Origin: an uncultured Planctomycetota bacterium
GTDB taxonomy: Bacteria; Planctomycetota; Planctomycetia; Isosphaerales; Isosphaeraceae
Assembly (NCBI GenBank): GCA_963845755.1
Contig: CAWJTV010000039.1
Location: 288,001 to 352,000 of the forward strand
Reading direction: 5' to 3'
DNA length: 64,000 bases
The position numbers were made by a program, and so were the translations under genes. The notes below the pieces were generated by a model that was not told the DNA's origin, did no database searches, and saw nothing but the letters and a program-made list of their open reading frames with translations. Positions within the stretch are counted from its first letter, which is position 1; each line of letters opens with the position of its first letter. Shown piece after piece: positions 34,148-44,856 of the stretch.

Positions 34148-36054
34148 GAGTCCTCTTCCCAATCGCGCAGGCCCATCTTCGCCGCAAGCTGAGCGCGATA
34201 GCCCCGGACCGTCTTGCGAAATTCCTGATCGTCGGGGCGGAGCAGCGTCAGGTAGTGGAGGAAACGGAAGTGGGCGTGACAGAAGTCAAGGGTCATCCCC
34301 TTCTGGGGGGCCATCCCGCGCCGGTAATGGACCTCGGCGACCTGTTTAAGGATCTCTCGTGCGATCGGACCGCCCTTCGCATCCTCCTTCGCCAGGATCA
34401 ACAGGTCAACCGAGTAGATGTCCTGTTCCAACCCCTCCCACGTTGCGAAGTCGGGCTCACCGCCTTCGTCGCGAGCGGCGGCGTCAACGACACGACGGCG
34501 GAACTCGTCGAGGATGTTGGCCCGTTCCGCCGAGAGAAGATCCTGCAACTCGCGGTGTCGGGCCGATGCCTCCACGACCCAACTCTGAAGGCTCTTCCAC
34601 CGTTTCGACGCGATCTCACGCAGTTCCTGACCCTTCGCCAGTGAGTAGGTCGAGAGGCGGTGGAGCCCCTGGGCACGAAGTCGGAAGCCATCCGGCAACG
34701 CGCGGGTCAGGTCGAAGAACCGCTTGGCCTGGAAGGAAGCTCCGTCCTTCGGGTCGGATCGCAGCGCCTCCAGGAGTGCGAGCCTCGCCTGCAAGAGCGG
34801 CGAGTCTCGTGCGAGAACCTGGACGTCCCGGAGCCAGGCGAGATGCAAGACCGGCTCGACCCGGTCCTCATCGCTCAATCGTTGACGGAACCGATCTGAT
34901 GGGTAGAGGCCCCGTTGCAAGGCCGGCTCGACCCAGTCCTCATAGATCAATGTCAGGGCCATGTTCGCCTGGGCACTGGTCTTGATCTTATCGCCGATGC
35001 TCTCCGCCGACAGGTTCACCCAACGCTCCCACGCCGCGGCCGACGGCGCCAGATCCTCGCCCAGATTCCGCCAGCTAGCGAGGCCCACCAGGGGGGGGAA
35101 GTCAACCTCGTCCAGCCCTTGGGACAATCGATCCATGAATCGCTTCCAGAGGGGGACATTCTGCTGGAAGACCGCTTGGAGGACCGCGTACGTTTCGACC
35201 AGCGAGGAAGACTCGTCGAGCCCCGGGAAGGCCTGGCGATATTCCTTCCAGTTCTCTTCCATGTCCTTCTGGAGGGGGGCGTAGGGGAGAGTCAACGTGG
35301 CGCGATCCAACTCCGTCGGGACGTCCGTGGCGCGATACCACTTGCTCATCCCGAGCCGGCGGTTCGATTCGACTCGGATGCGGACCGGGAATCCTTCATC
35401 GGCCCTCTCGGCGAAGATCGTCAACTGCCCGATGAAGCTGGAGGATCCCTTGACGTCCGCGAACCCGGGAGGTCGGGTGTACTGCGAGGCGAGTCGTCGG
35501 TACAGGATAGCCTGACTGGTCAGGTTCTCCGGAGCCAACAGCCATGAGAGGCGATGCGATGGCAGTTGATCATAGCCCTTCGATCGCACGACCAGCGGGT
35601 GCTTCTCAAACCCGGCGGTTGGCGAAGAACCGAGGGCGACCTGCACCGCGTACTGGTCATAATCGCGGAGGGCTCTCCCGAGCTGGGGGTCGAGATACGG
35701 CGGAAAATACTCCAACTGGTCCTGGGAGAACGTCTCGCCGACAAGTCCCGAGATGAAGCCCCGATCGCCCGAGATCACCACCGGCCCGCACGGGCCGCGC
35801 TGAGCCCAGGCCGCAATCCGATGAAGCATGCCGGGCGGCAGCTTGATGAACTTCACGTTCTTCGGCTTATCGGCGTCGGAGTAGACGACAACGAGACTCC
35901 CACGGTCGATGGCAAGGTCCTGGACTTTGCGGACGTCGATCGCGGGATCAACCCGGATCACCAGGCCCGCCCCCGCTCGCCACGCAGGAGCAACGACCAG
36001 GAAGAGGGCGATCGCCCAGAAACTCGCGCGTCGGAAGGGAAAGCTTCGTTTCAT
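34144..36054 (-). CDS. Secreted hypothetical protein (636 aa), helical C-terminal half
   Basis: Signal peptide MKRSFPFRRASFWAIALFLVVAPAWRAGA. Long uninterrupted ORF, translationally coupled to the next gene. Confidence 0.75.
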   Translation of the reverse strand: MKRSFPFRRASFWAIALFLVVAPAWRAGAGLVIRVDPAIDVRKVQDLAIDRGSLVVVYSDADKPKNVKFIKLPPGMLHRIAAWAQRGPCGPVVISGDRGFISGLVGETFSQDQLEYFPPYLDPQLGRALRDYDQYAVQVALGSSPTAGFEKHPLVVRSKGYDQLPSHRLSWLLAPENLTSQAILYRRLASQYTRPPGFADVKGSSSFIGQLTIFAERADEGFPVRIRVESNRRLGMSKWYRATDVPTELDRATLTLPYAPLQKDMEENWKEYRQAFPGLDESSSLVETYAVLQAVFQQNVPLWKRFMDRLSQGLDEVDFPPLVGLASWRNLGEDLAPSAAAWERWVNLSAESIGDKIKTSAQANMALTLIYEDWVEPALQRGLYPSDRFRQRLSDEDRVEPVLHLAWLRDVQVLARDSPLLQARLALLEALRSDPKDGASFQAKRFFDLTRALPDGFRLRAQGLHRLSTYSLAKGQELREIASKRWKSLQSWVVEASARHRELQDLLSAERANILDEFRRRVVDAAARDEGGEPDFATWEGLEQDIYSVDLLILAKEDAKGGPIAREILKQVAEVHYRRGMAPQKGMTLDFCHAHFRFLHYLTLLRPDDQEFRKTVRGYRAQLAAKMGLRDWEEDS

Positions 36055-36297
36055 GGATCTGGTAATAAGGCATGCTTGATTAATGGTCAGCCTTCGACCG
36101 GACCGGCAGTCAACACCGTTCGCCATCCCCGTCGAAGACCGACCCAATCACACGGTCCTTGAACGAAACCTCGGGACATCGCTCGGGCGGGACGGAGCCG
36201 GTTAGCCCCAGACTCGCGAACGGGCTGGAACCGGCTCGTCTTCATTCCTGTTGAACGAACACGCTTCACAAGGTGTCGTCTCAGCTCAAGCGGGTGG

Positions 36298-36858
36298 TCA
36301 GCGCCCCTTCTGGGGCACAAGGCCGCCGTCACGTCGGATGGTAGCAGAACCCATCATCCGCCAGCGACGCGGCGTGAGGAACGGTTCGGTCGAGCCAACT
36401 TCCGGTTTCGCCGTGGCCTTTACACTGGGCTTGTTGCCCTTGCCGGCGGTTCCGACCTGTCCGGCGGTTCCGACCTGTCCCGCGGTTCCGACCTGTCCCG
36501 CGGTCCCGACCTGTCCGGCGGTCCCGCTCCCCGACTTGTCCCGCGGTTCCGACTTGTCCCGCGGTGCCGACTTGTCCGCGGTTCCGACCTGCCCCGCGGT
36601 GCCGACTTGCCCCGCGGTTCCGACTTGCCCGGCGGTGCCGACCTGTCCGGCGGTGCCGACTTGCCCCGCAGTGGCGACCTGTCCGGCGGTCCCGACTTGC
36701 CCTGCGGTTCCGACCTGTCCGGCGGTTCCGACCTGCCCGGCAGTGGCGATCTGTGCTCCGAATGATGCAGTGGTGAGGGTCATAGCGGCCGTCATTGCGA
36801 TGGCGACCGTATGGAATCGTCCGAGATTCAATCCCAACCTGCGGGCTAAATCATCCAT
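36298..36858 (-). CDS. Secreted (TAGQVG)n hexapeptide-repeat protein
   Basis: RBS AAAGGGAG, signal-like 'AIAMTAAMTLTTASFGA|Q', then repeats. Variation between units is mostly synonymous in this frame. Confidence 0.7.
   Translation of the reverse strand: MDDLARRLGLNLGRFHTVAIAMTAAMTLTTASFGAQIATAGQVGTAGQVGTAGQVGTAGQVATAGQVGTAGQVGTAGQVGTAGQVGTAGQVGTADKSAPRDKSEPRDKSGSGTAGQVGTAGQVGTAGQVGTAGQVGTAGKGNKPSVKATAKPEVGSTEPFLTPRRWRMMGSATIRRDGGLVPQKGR
36443..36744 (-). repeat. ~16 tandem copies of an 18-bp unit (ACC GCS GGR CAR GTC GGN)
   Basis: Direct reading. Three units are read out of frame ('DKSAPRDKSEPRDKS') between two indels near 36575 and 36528. Confidence 0.9.
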
Positions 36859-38203
36859 TGGATCACTCCCTTTCATCGTGACGGTACCATTCTGAACCTG
36901 CACGTGCCTGGAAATGCGCGTTCGATACCCCATGTGGCTGACCAACAGGGTCAAACCGACACTCACAACGACGATCCGACAAGACCACGAAACGGAACAT
37001 CCACCGACATGAAGCCGGTAGGTTCGACTCTTGACTACAAGACCGGCTGATCATCTGCCCCGACCAACCACGGCGGCTTCAGACTTCTCAGCGATCACGC
37101 AGACCAGCGAGGTTGTCGCTTACTCCCGATGCCGCGCCGACTCGTACATGCTCGAAGTGGTCGCCTGAAAAGGCGCGGGGTCTCAGGCAACAGCATCTCA
37201 AAGGTGATTGAAAAGTCTCGGACAGATGACAATCGCCCTCGAATGTTTGCAATCTGTCGCACGAGGAGGCCAGCGAAGCCCCATTCTCTCGGCCGCTTCC
37301 AGAGCAGTCATTTAACAGTATAGCGAGAGCCATCTTGCTTTCAAACGAATTCTGGCGAGACTCACGGATTTTGGGGTGGGCCCAACGTCAAGGCTCCGGT
37401 AACGCGACTGCTCTTGTGTTCAGATATCTCAATTCGACCCTGCTTCTCGAGCCCTAGGCAAGCAAGATCCGCCGTTCTTCATCCTCAAGACCTCTTTCCG
37501 ACTTCAGGTGACATCGGGGTCTCGGCGGCCTATACTCGCGAATAACCGCTTTTGATTCGGTTCGCGGGCTTTGGTATTGTTGCGTTCAGGTGCGGGATGT
37601 GGGAACGAAGCCGATGGCCCGACCCTAGTTGAGGATCTTGGTCAGAACATCGTTGGTGATCGCCAAATGTATCGTGTCCCGTCGTCACATCATCTCGACG
37701 CGAACGGGATCGATATGCAGGTTGCCGACCAGGTCCCCCTTTCGGGTCAGGCCACCGCCGAGATCCACTTCCTGTTCGAACCTCTCGAGCAGCCCGCGAT
37801 CGACCACTGCCCTCCCTATGGCTCGGTCTAGCGGCGCTGGCGAGATCGCTGTCGAGGAGACGGCCCTTCCGCTCGATGCGCTCGCCGTCGCTCACCGCGA
37901 CGATCTCTTCCGTCTTCTTCCTTATGGCGCTGCGCGGACGGCTCATACGATAACGCATACCTCGCCCAACCGTCATTTCTGCCATGGTAGCACCCCGGTA
38001 TCGGCAATCCACAAAATGCGGCCGATCGCATCTTGACAGGCGCCCGGAATGGCGGTAGATAGTCCTTCGCGGGCCGATCGCATAGATCGTTTCATGAATT
38101 AAAAACGTATTCGGAGAGTCCCGAATACCACGGGATCCTTGGGCCGATCTCGATCGACGAGTTAGGGCGCCGAACACGTGGGTTGCGGACGGCCCCGGAG
38201 TCC

Positions 38204-38429
38204 GTAGGGTGCTCTGTACTACAAACTTCGAGAGTCTTGTACGCCGAGCACGATTTCATAACGTCTCGAGGTACAAGGGGTTGGGTCGGCGGAAGGCATC
38301 GAAGAATTCTTCTCTGTGCCCTCTGTGACTCTGTGGTGAGTCTCTTTCGATTGGTTGGTTGCGGCTCGGCCGCGCGGTGAGCACCGAAGAGGGCGAGCTA
38401 CGGGGATCGCTGCTCACAGAGCACCCGAC
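38204..38429. repeat. REP-like palindrome family B with a nested family C arm
   Basis: GTAGGGTGCTCTGT at 38204 and TGCTCACAGAGCACCCGAC at 38411-38429, with CTCTGTG iterations at 38307-38339. Confidence 0.65.
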
Positions 38430-38507
38430 GGCCCGTGTGCAACCCAACCGTGAAGCGATCTAATGTGCTGTAGCAATTTGGCTTCTGCAGATTCGAGGAG
38501 TTGTTCT

Positions 38508-38984
38508 GTGTCAGTCAATACCGCCAAGGTCGACGGTCGTCGCAAGCTCGATTACGCGTCGCTCGAAGAAGTGTTGGCCGACGCGGACCGTCTCAGCTCG
38601 GGCCCGGTGAAGGAACTCGGGAATTGGTCTGCGGGTCAGATTTTCGGGCACCTCGCTCTCGCTTACAACGGATCGATCGACGGATTCACGATGACCTTCC
38701 CCTGGCCCCTTCGCATGATGGCGCGGGTCTTCCAGAAAAAGCTGATCAATGGTGCGATGCCACCAGGCTTCAATCTGCCATCCGAGGGCGCGAAGGCCCT
38801 GGCGCCCGGATCAACGTCCACCGAAGAGGGCCTGGCGGATCTCCACGCGGCCGTCGCGCGCCTGCAACGAGAGTCGCATCGTGCCAGACACCCGATGTTC
38901 GGCGATATCAGCAGGGACCAGTGGAACAAGATCCACCTCAACCACGCGAGTCTCCATATGAGTTTCCTCGTCCCATTGTCTTGA
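38508..38984 (+). CDS. DUF1569 (DinB-like) protein
   Basis: GAGGAG plus GTG. 'GNWSAGQIFGHLA', 'HPMFG...W..IHLNHASLHMSF'. Confidence 0.85.
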   Translation: MSVNTAKVDGRRKLDYASLEEVLADADRLSSGPVKELGNWSAGQIFGHLALAYNGSIDGFTMTFPWPLRMMARVFQKKLINGAMPPGFNLPSEGAKALAPGSTSTEEGLADLHAAVARLQRESHRARHPMFGDISRDQWNKIHLNHASLHMSFLVPLS

Positions 38985-39121
38985 GCGACGACGAATGTGA
39001 TATTATATCACTTATGCTGATCGGCAATACGATCGTCGGTCTGGTGACGATCGGCACGCCCGGACCCGGCTACTGACGATATCGCCGCGGGCCCAGAAGC
39101 GGACGCTCACACGTACGCGGA

Positions 39122-40273
39122 TCAATAAACAACCCGCCGCTCCGGCACCGCGCACCCCCAAAGCGCATAGGGATCCGACATCTCATTGATCCCCTCCCCA
39201 TACGGCGAATAGGCCGGCGCGAGGTGCACCACCGCGCACGCTCCCAGTTCCGTCGCATAGAGCCCATTGCGCGTCGGCAGGACCCGGTGCGACATGCTGT
39301 TCTGCGACGGGAACGCGATCGTCTGCTGCGTCTCGATCTTGTCGTACGCGACGCTCAGGCCGACGTCGAACACCGCGTTCAGCGCCATCATCGACGCCAT
39401 CGACGAGCCGAGCAGGAAAATGCGCGCCGGCGCCCCGGGCGACGGGGCGTCCGGCCCGAACCCGAGGTGGATCAATGATGCCCCCATCGCCGCGCCGCGG
39501 TTGATCTGGAACCACTGGATCTGTGCCTTGTCCGTGATCCGCCCGAATCGCCCCTGGCCGCCATGGGAGTCGCCGAGCAGCACGAACCAGACGTTGCCGT
39601 CGGGACCGGGGATCATCCCCACGGGCGTCGAGCCCATCTCGGAGGGCACGGGGATCGTCTTGGTCTTGTCGGGCGAGTCCTCGGGTTCCGAGCGGACGAC
39701 GCGGAAGATCGCGCTCGATTGATCGAGCGTCGCGTACACGTCGCGGCTCTCGGGATGCACGGCGACGAAGATGGGCCGCGGTCCGCACGGGAAGATCGAA
39801 CAATCCGAGGGGCGATCCGGGTTGATTCGCACCACGTGATGGCTGTCCTTGCACGAGGTCCAGAGATCGTCGCCGTCCTCGATGACCACGTGCGGCCCCT
39901 TCGCCGGCGTCGGGAGCGGCACGCGCCGAACCACCTGCGGCGATTCGTCCGGATTCGTGCCCCGCGGATCGATCAGCACCAGCTCCGAGACGAACTGGAG
40001 CGTCGCCCACACGAATCCCTTGTGGCGCTGCGATACGTAGAGTCCGTGCAGGCCCGCGAACGCATCGTCGATCGTGTGTTTCACGGCCGCGATCGGCCGC
40101 CCCGTCGAGGGATCCACTTGCATCTTCACCAGAGCGCTGCCGGGTTGCTGCGAGACCAGGAGCAGCCCGTCGAACGGCGCCACGATCTCGTGCGTCTGTT
40201 CGTCGGCGGGGAGAGGATACTCCGTGGCAGTCTTCAGCGCAATGCGCCCGCCGTGCGAGGACAACGTGGACAT
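39122..40273 (-). CDS. Vgb (streptogramin lyase)-like beta-propeller protein
   Basis: 'THEIV', 'GLHGL', 'GPHVV', 'PIFVA', 'STPVGMIPGPDGNVWF' blade repeats. Confidence 0.65.
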   Translation of the reverse strand: MSTLSSHGGRIALKTATEYPLPADEQTHEIVAPFDGLLLVSQQPGSALVKMQVDPSTGRPIAAVKHTIDDAFAGLHGLYVSQRHKGFVWATLQFVSELVLIDPRGTNPDESPQVVRRVPLPTPAKGPHVVIEDGDDLWTSCKDSHHVVRINPDRPSDCSIFPCGPRPIFVAVHPESRDVYATLDQSSAIFRVVRSEPEDSPDKTKTIPVPSEMGSTPVGMIPGPDGNVWFVLLGDSHGGQGRFGRITDKAQIQWFQINRGAAMGASLIHLGFGPDAPSPGAPARIFLLGSSMASMMALNAVFDVGLSVAYDKIETQQTIAFPSQNSMSHRVLPTRNGLYATELGACAVVHLAPAYSPYGEGINEMSDPYALWGCAVPERRVVY

Positions 40274-40489
40274 GGGCCGCTCCTGCTTGGCGACGGTTTT
40301 GGGACTCGTCCGCGCAACGCGCAGTCCGGCCATGATCTCGCCCGCGCGGTCGCTCCGCAAGAGGGCCTTGTGCCGGCTATCGCACCCGAATTCCAGGCGG
40401 AATGACATGACGATTGACTTGGCCTCGACGAGTTCGGAAGATAGTGAGACTAGGGAATCTGGGGCATGTTGCGGGGTCAAAGGTGGCTC

Positions 40490-43376
40490 ATGAGCAGGCA
40501 ATTACTCAATCGGGGGTTGGGGACGGGGCTTGCGATGTTGCTGTTCGTCGCCGGGGTGGTGGCCCAGCAGCCACATCCAAGCACGACGGACGCCAAGACG
40601 AAGGCTCCGGCCAAACGAGCGATCCGGCCGGAGGATTATGGGGCGTGGGAATTGCTCGGCCTCGCGGCGCTGTCGCCGGACGGACGCTGGCTGGCCTATA
40701 GCATCGCCCGGCCGGACGGCGAGGGGGAGATGCGCTTGCGCATGCTCGCCACACAGGCCACCGAGGCGGTCCCCCATGGTGCCCGGCCGCAGTTCTCGAA
40801 GGATGGGAAGTGGCTGGCTTACACCATCGGCGTCCCCGAGGCGGAACGCGAGAAGGCGGCGAAGACCAAGGAGGCGGTCAAATCCAAACTCGGCCTGAGG
40901 AACCTCGTCAGTGGCGACTCGCTCACCATCGACGACGTGGCAACCGCGGGGTTCAGCGACAACGGCAAGTTCCTGGTCATGCGACGGTACCCGATCAAGG
41001 GGCGCGAGAGCGCCGGCGTCGATATCGTCGTCCGCAACCTCGCCAACGGCGTCAACACCAGTTTCGGCAACGTCGCCAGCTACGCGTTCAACGACCGAGG
41101 ATCGTTCCTGGCCCTGGCGATCGACGCCGAAGGGAAAGCCGGCAACGGCATCCAGGTCTATGACACCGCAACGGGCCTGCTCCGCACGCTGGAATCCGCC
41201 AATGCCAAATACACCGCACTCACCTGGCGCAAGGACGCGGCCGACCTCGCCGCGCTCCGCGAGAACGACCACGGCAAGGAGGAAGATGCCTCGTTCGTCG
41301 TCCTTGCGTGGCGGAACCTCAGTCAGCCGAAGCCGAAGTCGGCGACGTACGACTTTGCCAGGGACGAGACCTTTCCCAAGGACCACCGCGTGGTCGACTT
41401 CGCCGGCCTGAGATGGTCCGACGACGGCCAGACCCTCTCTTTCGGCATCAAGTCCTGGGAAAACAAGCCGGTACCCAAGGCCAAGAAGGACGAGAAGAAG
41501 CCGGACGAACCCAAGAAAGACCAACCCAAGAAGGACGAGCCCAAGAAGCCTGCGGCGAAGAAGTCGTTGCGCGACACGCTGAAGGAGCCGGCGGGGGTCG
41601 AGGTCTGGCACGCGAAAGACGTTGACATCATGCCCCTCCAGAAGAAGAGGGTGGCTCAGAAGAAGCGCGAGAATTTCCTGGCGGCGTGGTGGCTCGACGA
41701 CGGCAAGCTCGTCCCGCTCGGCAACGACCTCACCGAAGGGGTGGTCCTCCTCGAAGGCCAGAAGCACGCCCTCGGCCTCGACAACACGCCCTACGAGCAC
41801 GAGAAGAAGTTCGGCCCGACCGTTCATGACGTCTACCTGATCGACGTCAAGACCGGCGATCGCAAGAAGGTGCTCGACCACCTCAAATTCACCCTCGGCT
41901 CCAGTCCCGACGGACGGTATGTCCTCTACGTCAAGGATAAGAACGTGTGGTCCTATGATCTCAAGGGCGGGACGCACCTGAACCTCACCGGCGGACTCGG
42001 CGTCTCATTCATCAACGAAGAGTTGAGCAGCCTCACCGACGAGAAGCCCCCTTACGGCGTCGGGACCTGGACCAAGGACGGCTCGCACGTCCTGCTCTAC
42101 GACCGCTACGATGCCTGGCTCCTGAAGCCCGACGGCAAGGACCCCAGGCGGCTCACCGACGGCCGCAAGGACAAGGTGATCCACCGCCGCATCCGCCTCG
42201 ATTTCGAGGGAGATGGCGACCGATACGTGCGGCTCGACCAACCGATGTACCTGGCGATCAGCGGCGAGACCAGCAAGTACTTCGGCTATGCCCGGCTCAA
42301 GCCCGGCGAGAAGCGGGAGACGCTCATCTGGAAGCCCAAGGAGATCCAGCGCCTGCTGAAGGCGACAGACGCCGATGTCTATGCGTTCGTCGAGGAAGAC
42401 TACGACGATTCTCCCGACATCTTCGTCGCCGGGGCCGACCTCGGCTCGCCGCGCCAGGCATCGCAGACCAACCCGTTCCAGAAGGATTTCCTCTGGGGTC
42501 GCTCGGAGTTGGTCGACTACACAAGCGCCGACGGCAAGAAGCTCCAGGGCGCCCTCATCTACCCGGCCGGCTACGTGGCGGGCAAGAAGTATCCGATGAT
42601 CGTTTACATTTACGAGCGTCTCTCGGATCAGTTGCACGCCTACAGCACCCCCTCGGAGCGGAGCCCGTACAACCCTTCGGTCTTCTCGGCGGACGGGTAC
42701 TTCGTGTTCATGCCCGACATCGTCTACCGGGCGCAGAACCCGGGGCTGTCCGCGGTGGATTGCGTCGTGCCGGCGGTGAAGAAGGTGCTGGAGGGGGGAA
42801 CGGTGGACCCCAAGAAGGTCGGGCTCGTCGGCCACTCGTGGGGGGCCTATCAGACCGCCTTCCTCGTGACCCAGACCGACCTCTTCGCCGCGGGAGCCGC
42901 CGGCGCGCCGCTGACGAACATGATGAGCATGTCGGTGAGCATCTACTGGAACACCGGCCAGACCAACGCCTGGATCTTCCACGAGAGCCAGGGCCGGATG
43001 GATCGGCCGTTCTGGCAGGACGTCAACACCTACATCAAGAACTCACCGGTCTTCCAGATCGACAAGCTCAAGACGCCGCTCCTCGTGACCTTCGGCGACG
43101 AGGACGGCGCCGTCGACTGGAACCAGGGCGTCGAGCTGTACAACGCCGCCGCGGCTGGCGGGCAAGCCGGTCGTCATGCTGGTCTACCCCGGCGAGAACC
43201 ACGGCCTGGTGAAGAAACCGAACCAGGTTGACTACCATTACCGGATTCTCGAATGGTTCGGTCACTACCTGAAGGGCGAGAAGGCACCGAAGTGGGTGGC
43301 CGAGGGCCAGTCGCACCTCGACCGGCAGAAGGAGCTCGACGCCCTCAAGAAGAAACACGACGGCGAGGCGAAGTAG
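40490..43376 (+). CDS. S9 family (prolyl oligopeptidase/acylaminoacyl) peptidase, secreted; frameshift near 43150
   Basis: Signal peptide, propeller 'SPDGRWLAY', nucleophile 'GHSWG', Asp 'EDGAVD', His 'YPGENHGL' in ORF 43176..43376. Confidence 0.9.
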
Positions 43377-43500
43377 CGCAACTTCCAAACGGGCGCGTCC
43401 CGCGCCCATCGCGGCGGTGGGTTGCTGCGTATGCACGTCAATCGGCACGCAGTTCTTGCCTGTCCCCGGGCGATGTTCTCCCTCTGGCCATCGCCTCCGC

Positions 43501-44325
43501 TCAGACTCCTGCGAACTCAGGGCGAGCCCCGCCTTTGCCAACCAACGTGTCTATGTTCTGTCGCCGTCCTTCCAGGAGCAGACGCCAGCAGGACTGGCTG
43601 GGGTCAACAAGACCCTCGGCGCGGGCGATGTCGATGAATTCCGATGCCCGCATCTGGGATTCCTCCCAACCCTGAAGAGCGTCGTCGGTCGCGGCGTCCG
43701 GCTGACAATAGAGCATATGGTCAAACCGTGCGTAGGGGTGAACTTCTCGATCATGGATATGCACAGTCGGGAAGTACAGGAGCTCCGGGTTTCTCCGGGG
43801 GAATGTGAAAGCCATCGGATGCACACGCCGTGGTTCCCGACTGCCGTGCGCCAGACTGATGACGTCCTCGGACCGTCGTGAGGGGCTCGCCTTCAGCTTG
43901 AAAACGGCGAACCCGAAGTCGCGATACGCCGGCAACCGATCCCAAACGTCTGCCGGAATGCGAAATCGTTCATCGAGTCGACCGAAGTCCTCGAGCCGCG
44001 GGACAAACGAGGCCTCGAAGTCCCCAACATCGTGTACGCGAAGCTTCGGAAGCGACCGTGATTCGGGGCCCCCGCCCCTTGCGAGAACCATCCGGCGCGG
44101 AAAGCCACGACTCATGTCGTCGAAGAACTTCGGATACCGTTGAAGGTTGATGAACGTGACCGCCTCTTCTCCAGGGTTCGGGGGGACAGGCAAGGGTAGC
44201 ACCATGGCGAGGTCAGACGAAGCGGCATAGCTCATACTGTACGCGAGGAACTGCCGGCCATTGGCAGATCGGGCGAAGATGTTCGTTTCTGAGACCAGTT
44301 CAACGGGCTGGGAAAAGCAGCACAT
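43501..44325 (-). CDS. Hypothetical protein (DUF2330-like), last gene after the attC array
   Basis: 'MCCFS...AMVLPLPV...VGDFEASFVP...FGFAVFKL...HPMAFTF'. Confidence 0.7.
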   Translation of the reverse strand: MCCFSQPVELVSETNIFARSANGRQFLAYSMSYAASSDLAMVLPLPVPPNPGEEAVTFINLQRYPKFFDDMSRGFPRRMVLARGGGPESRSLPKLRVHDVGDFEASFVPRLEDFGRLDERFRIPADVWDRLPAYRDFGFAVFKLKASPSRRSEDVISLAHGSREPRRVHPMAFTFPRRNPELLYFPTVHIHDREVHPYARFDHMLYCQPDAATDDALQGWEESQMRASEFIDIARAEGLVDPSQSCWRLLLEGRRQNIDTLVGKGGARPEFAGV

Positions 44326-44381
44326 CGTACAGGGTCCTTTGGGTTTGGTCGTTCACCGATTCGTAGAATGAGGCCACCACC

Positions 44382-44442
44382 GCCGAACGATCGAGATCGG
44401 CAGCCCGCCGAAAGGCGGGTCTGCTGCAACCGAAAGTTAGGC
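44382..44442 (-). mobile_element. attC-like site 1
   Basis: Gene strand: GCCTAAC (contains the stop of 44437..44778)...TGCAGCAGACCCGCC TTTC GGCGGGCTGCCGA...GTTCGGC. 61-bp imperfect palindrome. Confidence 0.8.
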
Positions 44443-44778
44443 CAGCTCTGCCCAATCGCTCGGCAGCCCGGCCAGTTTCTTGGCCCCGACGTTCACCCCC
44501 TCGGCATAGACGACCCGGTCGCCCACCCGAAGCATCAAGGACCGGAGCAAGAGCCAGGGCCAGACACGGACCTCGACGACGCCGGGCCATCCGCCGAGCT
44601 TGAATTCGAACCGGGGCACGAACCAAAACCAGCAGGTCTTGCGGAGGACGGCGCCGTCCACCGACACGTGCTCGAAGCCGATGCCTCTCCCGTCATACTC
44701 AACGACATGAGGGCCATCGGGCAGAGAGAATTCGATGGCACGACGCAGCCAGCCTCGGTGGATGAGTTTCGCCGACAT
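44437..44778 (-). CDS. Cassette-borne hypothetical protein (113 aa)
   Basis: GGAGG RBS just after attC2. TAA stop inside the R'' box of attC1. Confidence 0.75.
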   Translation of the reverse strand: MSAKLIHRGWLRRAIEFSLPDGPHVVEYDGRGIGFEHVSVDGAVLRKTCWFWFVPRFEFKLGGWPGVVEVRVWPWLLLRSLMLRVGDRVVYAEGVNVGAKKLAGLPSDWAELA

Positions 44779-44796
44779 GATTGGTTGGCCTCCGCC

Positions 44797-44856
44797 GCCA
44801 AACGAAAAGTTCAGCGGGCCGCCGCCAGGCAGGTCCGCTGGATCGCAAGGTTAGGC
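44797..44856 (-). mobile_element. attC-like site 2
   Basis: GCCTAAC-5nt-GATCCAGCGGACCTGCC TGGC GGCGGCCCGCTGAAC-TTTTC-GTTTGGC, 60 bp. Confidence 0.8.

Noticed and set aside
36443..36744. Possible CRISPR array
   Set aside because: Contiguous 18-bp units with no unique spacers, and no cas genes.
36251..36895. Plus-strand Cys-rich (PTCPAV)n ORF, metallothionein-like
   Set aside because: Antisense shadow of the TAGQVG gene. The minus strand has the RBS and signal peptide and matches the cluster orientation.
37625..37985. Protein-like minus-strand reading with in-frame TGA at 37685 (…DPVRVEMM*RRDTIHLAITNDVLTKILN), possible selenoprotein or readthrough
   Set aside because: No recognisable family, redox motif or SECIS-like hairpin. 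More likely a gene remnant or sequence error.
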